From assembly GCA_035458585.1 (NCBI GenBank), contig DATHZN010000083.1, positions 10,944 to 74,943 on the forward strand: 64,000 nucleotides of DNA, given 5' to 3'. The notes beneath the pieces are model-generated. The model had not been told where the DNA came from. It saw only the letters and a program-made list of their open reading frames with translations, and did no database searches. The translations under genes and the position numbers were made by a program. The DNA is from Marinobacterium sp. (GTDB lineage: Bacteria > Pseudomonadota > Gammaproteobacteria > Pseudomonadales > Balneatricaceae). Positions 11,090-19,274 of the stretch are shown piece after piece (position 1 is the first letter of the stretch; every line of letters begins with the position of its first letter).

Positions 11090-11677
11090 ATGAAGACACT
11101 TCTACATATCAAAAGCAGCCTGTTCGGTGAGCAAGGTCAGTCAGCCCAGTTGGCACAGACGTTTATCGCTCGATGGAGTGCCGAAAATCCTGAATCGACA
11201 ATTATTGAACGCGATCTTGCTGCCGATCCAGTGCCTCACCTGGACGCTTTTCGCATGACTGCGCTAAATACCCCGGAGGATCAGCGCACATCAGAACAGC
11301 AGGCGGTTGTAGGGCTGGCGGATCAGTTGTTGGCTGAGGTTAAGGCGGCTGATGTGTTAGTGATCGGCTTACCAATGTACAACTTCAGTGTGCCTTCTCA
11401 GCTGAAGGCTTGGTTTGATCACCTAGCGAGAGCGGGCGTAACTTTCCGTTACGGTGAAAACGGTGTTGAAGGACTCATAGAAGATCGTCCGGTCTACTTG
11501 ATCTCTACGCGCGGCGGTGTCTATGGCCAGCAGGGTTCCGATATGCAGATAAGCTACATTAAACAGCTGCTAAGCTTTATGGGGTTGAATAATCAGCACC
11601 TCGTCGTTGCAGAAGGTCTGGCGATGGAGGAGCACAGGGAATCGGCGCTGGAGAAAGCGCGCGCGGCTCTGGTCTGA
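11090..11677 (+). CDS. azoR: FMN-dependent NADH-azoreductase
   Basis: PMYNFSVPSQLKAWFD and RAGVTFRY motifs; ATG at 11090 after GGAG. Confidence 0.92.
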   Translation: MKTLLHIKSSLFGEQGQSAQLAQTFIARWSAENPESTIIERDLAADPVPHLDAFRMTALNTPEDQRTSEQQAVVGLADQLLAEVKAADVLVIGLPMYNFSVPSQLKAWFDHLARAGVTFRYGENGVEGLIEDRPVYLISTRGGVYGQQGSDMQISYIKQLLSFMGLNNQHLVVAEGLAMEEHRESALEKARAALV

Positions 11678-11703
11678 TAGCCGTCTAAGAAGAGGAGAGT
11701 CCG

Positions 11704-12555
11704 ATGAGTAGTCGTAGTATTAAACGCCGTATTCAAGCTGTTAACAGCATGGACGGTGCTGGTGTGCGTATACAGCGTAGTGTGGGTAATTCGCAGTTTG
11801 CGCGTATAGACCCCTTTCTGATGCTCGATAACTTCTCGTCGGATGATCCAGACGACTATATAGCGGGCTTTCCGGCTCACCCGCATAGAGGCTTTGAAAC
11901 CGTTACCTACATGATCGAGGGACGTATGCGACATCGTGATCATATGGGGAATGAGGGCATTCTGCGCTCCGGCGGTGTGCAGTGGATGACCGCGGGTCGC
12001 GGTGTTATCCATGAGGAGATGCCTGAGCAGGAGGAGGGACTCATGAGTGGATTTCAGCTCTGGGTTAATCTCCCTGCGACGGAGAAGATGAAGCCGGCGG
12101 CTTATCAAAATATCGAGCCCGAAGAGGTAGCCGAGTTTGATGTCGCCAAGGGCGTTCATGTTCGTCTGGTAGCTGGCGAACTTGCGTCGCTCTCAGGCGA
12201 GCGGATAGCTGGGCCCGTGTCGGGTATAAGCCGCCAACCCCTGTTCGTCGAAGTACAGATGCAGCCGATGAGTGAATACAGTCTGCCTTTGGCGGCTGAA
12301 TTGAGTGGCTTTATCTATCTGTTTGAGGGTGCCGGCACCGCAGGACCTGAGAATCTTAACCTCGCCGAAGCAGCGGAGCTGGGTGCAGGTGAGCGGGTCG
12401 AGTTGAAGGCGGGAGCCGAGGGTGCTCGCTTATTGGTGATTGCGGGGCGTGCGATTAACGAACCAATCGCCCAGTATGGTCCCTTCGTGATGAATACTAG
12501 CGATGAGATTGAGCAGGCAATAGCCGATTATCGCGCCAACCGCCTAACCGGCTGA
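11704..12555 (+). CDS. Pirin-family protein
   Basis: DPFLMLD, HPHRGFETVTY, WMTAGRGVIHEE, GPFVMN. Confidence 0.95.
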   Translation: MSSRSIKRRIQAVNSMDGAGVRIQRSVGNSQFARIDPFLMLDNFSSDDPDDYIAGFPAHPHRGFETVTYMIEGRMRHRDHMGNEGILRSGGVQWMTAGRGVIHEEMPEQEEGLMSGFQLWVNLPATEKMKPAAYQNIEPEEVAEFDVAKGVHVRLVAGELASLSGERIAGPVSGISRQPLFVEVQMQPMSEYSLPLAAELSGFIYLFEGAGTAGPENLNLAEAAELGAGERVELKAGAEGARLLVIAGRAINEPIAQYGPFVMNTSDEIEQAIADYRANRLTG

Positions 12556-12566
12556 CACCCTACTTG

Positions 12567-12627
12567 GCACAAAGGGCCAAGCTCTTCTAGTCTGAATGGA
12601 CGAGAGGTAGCTTGGCCTTTTTTGTGT
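12567..12627 (+). terminator. Long hairpin between pirin and pilU, possible terminator
   Basis: GCACAAAGGGCCAAGCT pairs with AGCTTGGCCTTTTTTGTGT; inner CTTCT/AGAGG and GTCT/GGAC pairings. Confidence 0.5.
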
Positions 12628-12644
12628 TGAAGCAGGAAGAACCG

Positions 12645-13712
12645 ATGATCGACTTGAATCCCTATCTGAAATTAATGGTGACTAAACAGGCATCTGACCT
12701 GTTTTTCACCACGGGCGCCTGTGTTCAGGTAAAAATTGACGGTGTAGTACGACCCATAGGCGATACCCGGCTTGAGCCAGGTGCGACTGAGGTGATTACC
12801 CGCCACCTCCTGACTGATGAGGAGATGGGGCGTTTAAAAAGCGATCTGGAGATGAACTTTGCCCATGCCGCCGAGGGGATCGGTCGTTTTCGTGTCAATA
12901 TCATGTGGCAACGTGGCGATCTGGCGCTGGTGTTTCGGTATATCCGCGAAGAGATACCCTCTGTGGAGCAGCTTAAACTCCCGCCAGTGCTTAACTCCCT
13001 TGTTATGGAGTCGACAGGTCTGGTGCTGATCGTCGGAAGCACCGGTTCCGGTAAATCTACGACACTGGCCTCAATGCTGGACTATCGTAATGCGAATACA
13101 ACGGGGCATATCCTCACGATAGAGGACCCCATAGAGTTTTCCCATTCACATAAGCGTTCCATCATTAACCAGCGCGAGGTGGGGATAGATACCCACTCCT
13201 ATGGTACGGCGTTAAAAAATGCCATGCGCGAGGCGCCAGATGTGATCATGATTGGTGAGATCAGAGATCGCGATACGATGGAGCAGGCGATCCGTTACTC
13301 AGAGACGGGCCACCTCTGTCTGGCGACCTTACACAGTACATCAGCGCCACAGGCAGTGGCGCATATATGTAACTTTTTTGACGACTCAGAGTTGCGTCGC
13401 ATCAATATGGACCTGTCAGTAAATTTGAAAGGCATCGTAGCCCAGCGTTTGGTTCGCGATGTGAATCAGAAATACGTCCCGGCGACCGAGGTGCTTATCA
13501 ATACACCTTTTGTATCTGAGCTCATTGCGAACGGTGACCACAAAGAGTTGCGAGAGGCGATAGCCAACAGCTCAGACAGTGCAGCCCATACCTTCGATAC
13601 CAGTCTGTTCGAGCTGTATCAAGAGGGTCGAATTACCCGTGAGGTAGCACTCGCGAGTGCTTACTCGCGTAACAACCTTGATCTGCAGATACGTTTCGGG
13701 GGGGCAGCCTAA
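12645..13712 (+). CDS. pilU: PilT/PilU family type IV pilus ATPase (PilU-like)
   Basis: ASDLF, GSTGSGKST Walker A, TIEDPIE, REAPDVIMIGEIRD, GHLCLATLH. Confidence 0.85.
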   Translation: MIDLNPYLKLMVTKQASDLFFTTGACVQVKIDGVVRPIGDTRLEPGATEVITRHLLTDEEMGRLKSDLEMNFAHAAEGIGRFRVNIMWQRGDLALVFRYIREEIPSVEQLKLPPVLNSLVMESTGLVLIVGSTGSGKSTTLASMLDYRNANTTGHILTIEDPIEFSHSHKRSIINQREVGIDTHSYGTALKNAMREAPDVIMIGEIRDRDTMEQAIRYSETGHLCLATLHSTSAPQAVAHICNFFDDSELRRINMDLSVNLKGIVAQRLVRDVNQKYVPATEVLINTPFVSELIANGDHKELREAIANSSDSAAHTFDTSLFELYQEGRITREVALASAYSRNNLDLQIRFGGAA

Positions 13713-13718
13713 TGACAC

Positions 13719-14477
13719 TCAGTTCTTGGCGGGTGGTGGCGTAGCGGTTTGAGGATTGGCAGTCTCCTGTTGCTCCGCCAGCAGTTGCTGCTGGATCTCA
13801 CGTTCTTGCTCGGTGCGAAGCTCAGCCTGCTGTAGAAGATTCTCTGCATGTGCTAACTGACCCTCCATTTTGACGTAGTTACCCAGCTTACGGATCGACT
13901 TGATGCAGGAGCGGTATTGGTGCAGTGCAACGCCCGAGCCGCGGTTCTGTTCCAGCAGTTGGGCGTCCATCAGTTCGAGATCGAGGCGAGCACGAGCGTA
14001 AGCAATTTTGGCTTGATTCATAATGGGTTGGATTTGAGACACGGAGTAGCGTCCACTCTTCGTGAGATCTGTCAGAAATTGAGCAAACTCGCGCATGATC
14101 GCGCGTGCACTTCGAGCTTGTTCGCGGTCAGGAAATAGAGTCAAACCGGCGGCAGAGACGGGGCCCTCGCTGAGTTGCTGTGCCCTTAGGTTCAGCGCCT
14201 CGAGCTGTTTACGAGCACCTGCATTTGAATCCAGAGAGCCTATCTCACGCCAGTGCTGTTGCAGATACCCAAGTAGCAGATTATCCATCGCTGCACTTCG
14301 GAGTGGCGCCGGCAGTGCATGAAACAGGTGATCAGCACGGCGAATCTGGTCCTTTAAGGCGAGAACACGCAGGCGCTTCTGCCGGCGTTGGTTCTCTATG
14401 CCCTGCATTATCAGGGCTCCCACAATAAAGAGGCCGAGCCCTGCGAGTATCAGCAGGCCGATCTGGGTAGGCGACAT
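13719..14477 (-). CDS. Hypothetical protein with N-terminal membrane anchor
   Basis: 252-aa ORF, one N-terminal hydrophobic helix, AGGAG RBS. Confidence 0.8.
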   Translation of the reverse strand: MSPTQIGLLILAGLGLFIVGALIMQGIENQRRQKRLRVLALKDQIRRADHLFHALPAPLRSAAMDNLLLGYLQQHWREIGSLDSNAGARKQLEALNLRAQQLSEGPVSAAGLTLFPDREQARSARAIMREFAQFLTDLTKSGRYSVSQIQPIMNQAKIAYARARLDLELMDAQLLEQNRGSGVALHQYRSCIKSIRKLGNYVKMEGQLAHAENLLQQAELRTEQEREIQQQLLAEQQETANPQTATPPPAKN

Positions 14478-14600
14478 GATACGCTCCTAAGCTTCGGTAA
14501 CTACAGCATAGTCAATTTGCTGATATAGGGCTAAATCTATGATTCATGTGAAGAAATATTATTAGTAATTAGAGTGTATCTGCTCTTCTAATCTTTCTTC

Positions 14601-14669
14601 AAAGAAAAAGTTAAAAAATTTTATATACCGGTCTTGACGATCTCAGAGGCGCTCCGTATTATTTGCGCC
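14601..14669 (+). promoter_or_regulatory. Sigma70 stable-RNA promoter for the tRNA pair
   Basis: TTGACG (14634-14639)-N17-TATTAT (14657-14662), A-tract UP element upstream, GC-rich discriminator TTGCGCC. Confidence 0.8.
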
Positions 14670-14702
14670 TCCTCAACGAGGAACGCGTAATGCGAAGGCT
14701 AC

Positions 14703-14778
14703 GTCCCATTCGTCTAGTGGCCTAGGACACCGCCCTTTCACGGCGGTAACAGGGGTTCGAACCCCCTATGGGACGCCA
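14703..14778 (+). tRNA. tRNA-Glu (anticodon TTC)
   Basis: GTCCCAT/ATGGGAC acceptor stem, CCGCC-CTTTCAC-GGCGG anticodon arm, GGTTCGAA T loop, encoded CCA. Confidence 0.97.
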
Positions 14779-14782
14779 TTAA

Positions 14783-14858
14783 GCGGGATTAGCTCAGTTG
14801 GTAGAGCGATACCTTGCCAAGGTATAGGTCGTCGGTTCGAGCCCGATATCCCGCTCCA
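14783..14858 (+). tRNA. tRNA-Gly (anticodon GCC)
   Basis: GCGGGAT/ATCCCGC acceptor stem, ATACC-TTGCCAA-GGTAT anticodon arm, GGTTCGAG T loop, encoded CCA. Confidence 0.97.
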
Positions 14859-14954
14859 TTACACTCCTCTCCTACGCTTTAATGTCATCCAACTTTTGAA
14901 TAAAACCTTCTAAATCCGGTTCAGAGATCCTAATTTCCTGTCTCCATTCGATAC

Positions 14955-15155
14955 GTTGGTGGGCGCATGCCGTGGTCCCCCTGCTGTATTACAGAGCTAC
15001 TTCGAGGTTCTATCCTTGGGCTGCAGAGATTGCACGGGGTCGCGTGATCGATTCAGTGGCACCGGTGTTGGGGCGTTGACTCATACGGCCATCAAGCGAA
15101 GCCTTACAGCCCCGCCGCTCAACCAATTTATGCTGGCATGAATGTGGTCGGTGTT
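14955..15155 (+). ncRNA. Candidate structured non-coding RNA, family not assigned
   Basis: GC-rich intergenic block with nested stems whose G-U pairs work on the + strand; see findings. Confidence 0.4.
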
Positions 15156-15174
15156 ATTCGATACAGTATCAACA

Positions 15175-15594
15175 TCAATGCTTCGGTGTAGTAGTGATTG
15201 CGCCCATGATCGCATTACGCAGTTCTAGGTAATCAAATGGCTCGTTCTGGCCCTCTTTGACATAACGCGCTTCGTCTAGCGCCTGGAATTGCTCGATCTC
15301 CTCATCGTTGAGGTAATGAATACAATCCCCACCAAATAGCCAGAGCAGATCACGAGCGAGGAGTTGTGTGAGTTGTGGATAGTTGCGCACCAAACGCGTC
15401 ATCAGTATCTGCCCGAGCTCAAAAGCTTCATCGGCGTGTTCCTGATAGAGTGTGATGGTCTCCTGAAAAAGGGCGAGGAGCTCGTCAGCCTCGCTTGAGT
15501 AGCCCTCCTCAGACATATCGAAGGGGGGCTGCTTGATTAAATTGTTGTAACCAAGTTTAAGAAGATTTAAGTGGAACTGATGGAAACTGGTCAC
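15175..15594 (-). CDS. PA2817-family conserved protein
   Basis: YPQLTQLLARDLLWLFGGDCIHYL.DEEI motif; GTG start after GGAG; sits beside yadGH as in Pseudomonas. Confidence 0.8.
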   Translation of the reverse strand: MTSFHQFHLNLLKLGYNNLIKQPPFDMSEEGYSSEADELLALFQETITLYQEHADEAFELGQILMTRLVRNYPQLTQLLARDLLWLFGGDCIHYLNDEEIEQFQALDEARYVKEGQNEPFDYLELRNAIMGAITTTPKH

Positions 15595-15643
15595 CCTAAG
15601 CACTCCGCAAAACAGGTACAATATTGATAAGGGGGCATTTTAC

Positions 15644-15672
15644 CTTGAATTTCCACGTTTTGGGCCCCATCT
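15644..15672 (+). promoter_or_regulatory. Sigma32 (RpoH)-type promoter
   Basis: CTTGAA (15644-15649)-N15-CCCCATCT (15665-15672), 30 bp upstream of yadG. Confidence 0.7.
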
Positions 15673-15702
15673 CAGCGAGAAGTTAGCAGAAGGATGCACT
15701 CA

Positions 15703-16632
15703 ATGGATGTCGCACTGCGGATTAATAATCTGCGCAAGACCTATGGGAATGGGTTTAAGGCCCTCAAAGGTATTGACCTAGAGGTGAAACAGGGAGACTT
15801 CTTCGCTTTGCTGGGTCCAAACGGGGCAGGTAAATCGACGACCTTAGGAATAGTCACCTCCTTGGTTAACAAGAGTGAGGGCAGCGTCAGCGTATTCGGT
15901 CAGGATATTGATACGCACGCAACTGAAGCAAAGCTCTGCATGGGGATTGTGCCACAGGAGTTTAACTTCAATGCATTTGAGAAGGTTGAGGACATACTGG
16001 TTACGCAAGCCGGATACTACGGTATCCCCCGTAAACAGGCGATTGAGCGTTCAGCGTTTTATCTCAAAGAACTAGGTCTTTGGGAAAAACGCAGTGACCG
16101 AGCGCGCATGCTTTCGGGTGGTATGAAACGCCGTCTCATGATTGCTCGCGCTTTAGTACACGACCCGAAACTGCTTATCCTGGATGAGCCGACGGCAGGC
16201 GTTGATATAGAACTGCGACGCTCTATGTGGGAGTTCTTGCGTAAAATTAATGCGGCCGGCACAACGATTATTCTTACCACGCATTATCTTGAAGAGGCTG
16301 AATCGCTCTGTCGCAATATTGCCATCATTGATAAGGGTGAGATCATTCAGAACTCCTCTATGAAAGCGTTGTTGGCGCAGCTTAATGTGGAGACCTTTGT
16401 ACTTGATCTTGCTACTGAACTGAGTGAGCCACCAACACTGCAGGGATTTACGACACGTTTGGCAGATGGGCATACGCTTGAAGTCGATGTGCCCAAGGCT
16501 GAGGGGCTCAACGGTGTTTTTGAGCAGTTAAACAGAGCGGAGATCAAGGTGCTAAGTATGCGCAACAAGGCTAATCGCCTGGAGGAGCTCTTTGTCTCCC
16601 TGGTTGAAAGGCAGAAGGGGAGCGCGGCTTGA
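15703..16632 (+). CDS. yadG: ABC transporter ATP-binding protein (YadG family)
   Basis: [33 protein letters not shown]; alternative start at 15694. Confidence 0.92.
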   Translation: MDVALRINNLRKTYGNGFKALKGIDLEVKQGDFFALLGPNGAGKSTTLGIVTSLVNKSEGSVSVFGQDIDTHATEAKLCMGIVPQEFNFNAFEKVEDILVTQAGYYGIPRKQAIERSAFYLKELGLWEKRSDRARMLSGGMKRRLMIARALVHDPKLLILDEPTAGVDIELRRSMWEFLRKINAAGTTIILTTHYLEEAESLCRNIAIIDKGEIIQNSSMKALLAQLNVETFVLDLATELSEPPTLQGFTTRLADGHTLEVDVPKAEGLNGVFEQLNRAEIKVLSMRNKANRLEELFVSLVERQKGSAA

Positions 16633-17405
16633 TGAATTCACATATTATCTGGACCGCATTTTGGACCATTGTGGTTAAAGAGGTTCGCCGCTTTACCCGG
16701 ATCTGGGTACAAACTCTTGTGCCGCCGGCGATCACCATGACGCTCTACTTCATCATATTTGGTAATTTGGTTGGCTCACGTATCGGTGAGATGGGTGGCT
16801 TCGATTACATGCAGTACATTGCTCCGGGGCTCATTATGATGTCAGTCATTACCAACTCCTACGGCAACGTAGTCTCCTCTTTCTTCGGGACAAAGTTTCA
16901 AAGAAATATTGAGGAGTTGTTGGTAGCACCGGTGCCCAACTGGGTCATTCTAGCTGGCTACGTCATCGGTGGTGTAGTGCGCGGTTTGATGGTCGGTTTC
17001 ATTGTGACCCTGCTGTCGCTCTTTTTTACCGATCTCAACCTGGCGCATCCGCTGATAACTATCGCTATCGTCTTCCTGACGGCGGTTGTGTTCGCACTGG
17101 GCGGATTTATCAATGCTGTCTTCGCTCAGACTTTCGATGATATCTCGATTATTCCGACCTTTGTGCTGACACCCCTTACCTACTTAGGGGGGGTATTTTA
17201 CTCTATCGCGCTGCTGCCGGAATTTTGGCAGTGGGTATCGCAACTCAATCCGATACTCTACATGGTGAACACCTTCCGCTACGGAATTTTGGGCGTTAGT
17301 GATATCGACATTGTCTTCGCGTTTAGCATGATTTTAGTGTTTGTCGTGGTGCTCTCGGCCTTCTCACTGCACCTGTTGAATATTGGTAAGGGGATTCGCA
17401 GCTAA
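16632..17405 (+). CDS. yadH: ABC-2 transporter permease (YadH family)
   Basis: RIWVQTLVPP, PGLIMMSVITNSY, LTPLTYLGGVFYS. Confidence 0.92.
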   Translation: MNSHIIWTAFWTIVVKEVRRFTRIWVQTLVPPAITMTLYFIIFGNLVGSRIGEMGGFDYMQYIAPGLIMMSVITNSYGNVVSSFFGTKFQRNIEELLVAPVPNWVILAGYVIGGVVRGLMVGFIVTLLSLFFTDLNLAHPLITIAIVFLTAVVFALGGFINAVFAQTFDDISIIPTFVLTPLTYLGGVFYSIALLPEFWQWVSQLNPILYMVNTFRYGILGVSDIDIVFAFSMILVFVVVLSAFSLHLLNIGKGIRS

Positions 17406-18229
17406 TGTCTGAACATGAAACTGTACTGCACTCACCGCTGGGTAAGGGCACTGTCTATGTTAATCGGTACGATCCAGATCTACTCTACCCAATAGAGCGG
17501 GATATTAACTGGAAGCGTCAGGGAATCGAGCGCGCTAGTCTGCCGTTTCGTGGGGTCGATATCTGGAATGCCTACGAGGTCAGCTGGCTCAATGCCAAGG
17601 GGAAGCCAGTGGTCGCTCTTGCCGAGTTTCAGATTCCGGCCAGTTCCACTCATATCGTTGAATCCAAGTCATTCAAACTCTACCTCAATTCGTTCAACCT
17701 GACCCGCTTTGGCAGCGACTCAGAGGTCGTAAAGTTGATGCAGGAGGATCTCACCCGTGCTGCAGGAGGAGAGGTCAGGGTGAGTCTGAGTTACCCGCAG
17801 GACAACGCGTCCATCGGTAAGCTCGTCGGTCGCTGTATTGACTCGCTGGATGTTGACATTGAGCACTATGAACCTGCGCCCCAGCTGCTTAACGTGGGTG
17901 GTGAGATGGTGTCAGAGTCACTGGTGAGTCATCTGCTAAAATCTAACTGCCCAGTCACCGGCCAGCCTGACTGGGCGAGCGTACAGATTAGCTATCAGGG
18001 GCCAAAGATTGATGAACGGGGTCTACTGGCCTACCTGATATCTTATCGCGAACACGGTGACTTCCATGAGCAGTGCGTTGAGAACATCTTTATGGATCTT
18101 TGGAACCGCTGTCGGCCCCAGAAACTTAGTGTCTACGCACGATACGTTCGTCGAGGGGGCTTGGACATCAACCCTTATCGTTCAAGCTTGAACGATCGAC
18201 CAGAAAATACGCGCCTCTCACGCCAGTGA
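17405..18229 (+). CDS. queF: NADPH-dependent 7-cyano-7-deazaguanine reductase
   Basis: DIWNAYEVSWL, ESKSFKLYLNS, SNCPVTGQPDW, FHEQCVE, RRGGLDINP. Confidence 0.97.
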   Translation: MSEHETVLHSPLGKGTVYVNRYDPDLLYPIERDINWKRQGIERASLPFRGVDIWNAYEVSWLNAKGKPVVALAEFQIPASSTHIVESKSFKLYLNSFNLTRFGSDSEVVKLMQEDLTRAAGGEVRVSLSYPQDNASIGKLVGRCIDSLDVDIEHYEPAPQLLNVGGEMVSESLVSHLLKSNCPVTGQPDWASVQISYQGPKIDERGLLAYLISYREHGDFHEQCVENIFMDLWNRCRPQKLSVYARYVRRGGLDINPYRSSLNDRPENTRLSRQ

Positions 18230-18256
18230 GGCGAATACGGCACAAAGGAGAGCCTG

Positions 18257-18811
18257 ATGGAAGCGCTTGAACTCTTAACCCAACGCACCTCAACACCGGC
18301 GCTGCGAGCACCCGCGCCAACCCAAGATCAAGTGAAGCTGATGCTAGATGCCGCCTGTCGAGCACCAGACCATGGTAGTCTGCGTCCTTACCGCTTTATG
18401 GTGATCGAAGATGAGGGGCTGAACCGGCTTGGCGAGTTGTTTCTCAAAGCGGGGCTGACCAAGAACCCCCAGATGGATGAAGCTGAGCAGAGAAAGCTCA
18501 GGAATATGCCACTGCGGGCGCCTATGATCATTGTTTGCGTGGCAGTCAAACAGCCACACCCTAAAGTGCCCGAGATGGAACAGGTCATTACTGCGGGCTG
18601 TGCAGCTCATGCCATTGTGCAGAGTGCCTTTGCCCAAGAACTCGGCGCCATGTGGCGTACAGGTGCGATGACACACGATGCCGTGGTACTTGAGGGTCTG
18701 AGCATCGCTGAAAATGAAGAGATAGTCGGTTTTATTTATCTGGGACGCTCTCTGAAAGTGCGTGAAGCTCCTGAGTTCGATTCCGCTACTCTTATGCAGA
18801 GCTGGGGCTAG
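18257..18811 (+). CDS. ydjA: Nitroreductase (YdjA family)
   Basis: RAPDHG.LRPYRF, RAP, WRTG, IVGFIYLG. Confidence 0.88.
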   Translation: MEALELLTQRTSTPALRAPAPTQDQVKLMLDAACRAPDHGSLRPYRFMVIEDEGLNRLGELFLKAGLTKNPQMDEAEQRKLRNMPLRAPMIIVCVAVKQPHPKVPEMEQVITAGCAAHAIVQSAFAQELGAMWRTGAMTHDAVVLEGLSIAENEEIVGFIYLGRSLKVREAPEFDSATLMQSWG

Positions 18812-19254
18812 TGATTCAAGCTGATTTTCTGCAGTGGCTGCACCGCGAGATTCCGCTCACGGCGGCGATGCAGATAGATCGAGTGGAATTTGATGGCGAA
18901 AAACTCTCGCTACATGCGCCTCTTGCACCTAATCTGAATGATAAGGGGACCGGTTTTGCCGGTTCGACGGCGGGATTGGCGACACTGAGCGGTTGGTCTC
19001 TGATTACGCTGTGGTTGCAATCACGCAGCATAGAGGCTGATGTGATGATTGCCCGCTCAGAGATCGATTACCGTGCCCCTTTGCTGGAGGATTTGCGAAC
19101 CGAAGTAGCGCTACCGGATCGGGAAACGATGATGGAGTTTGAGTCTCGGCTCAAGACACGTGGCCGGGCGCGTCTGCCTTTGATAGTTACTTTGGGTGAT
19201 TCGCTCAATCCGATATTACAGTTGAGCGGTGATTACGCCGCGCGGCTACGATAA
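18811..19254 (+). CDS. Hotdog-fold thioesterase (YiiD C-terminal domain)
   Basis: IPLTAAM, APLAPNLNDKGTGFAGS, LSGW. Confidence 0.85.
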   Translation: MIQADFLQWLHREIPLTAAMQIDRVEFDGEKLSLHAPLAPNLNDKGTGFAGSTAGLATLSGWSLITLWLQSRSIEADVMIARSEIDYRAPLLEDLRTEVALPDRETMMEFESRLKTRGRARLPLIVTLGDSLNPILQLSGDYAARLR

Positions 19255-19274
19255 CAAAGATCACCGGAGCACAG

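Noticed and set aside
12564-12580. Sigma54 promoter for pilU
   Set aside because: TGGCAC is present, but the -12 TTGC is not at the required spacing
14956-15141. 61-aa ORF as a protein gene
   Set aside because: TTG start, no RBS and no recognisable protein features; the region is better explained as structured RNA
14783-15174. Genomic island integrated at tRNA-Gly
   Set aside because: No integrase and no duplicated tRNA 3' end seen; a conserved core gene follows within 320 bp
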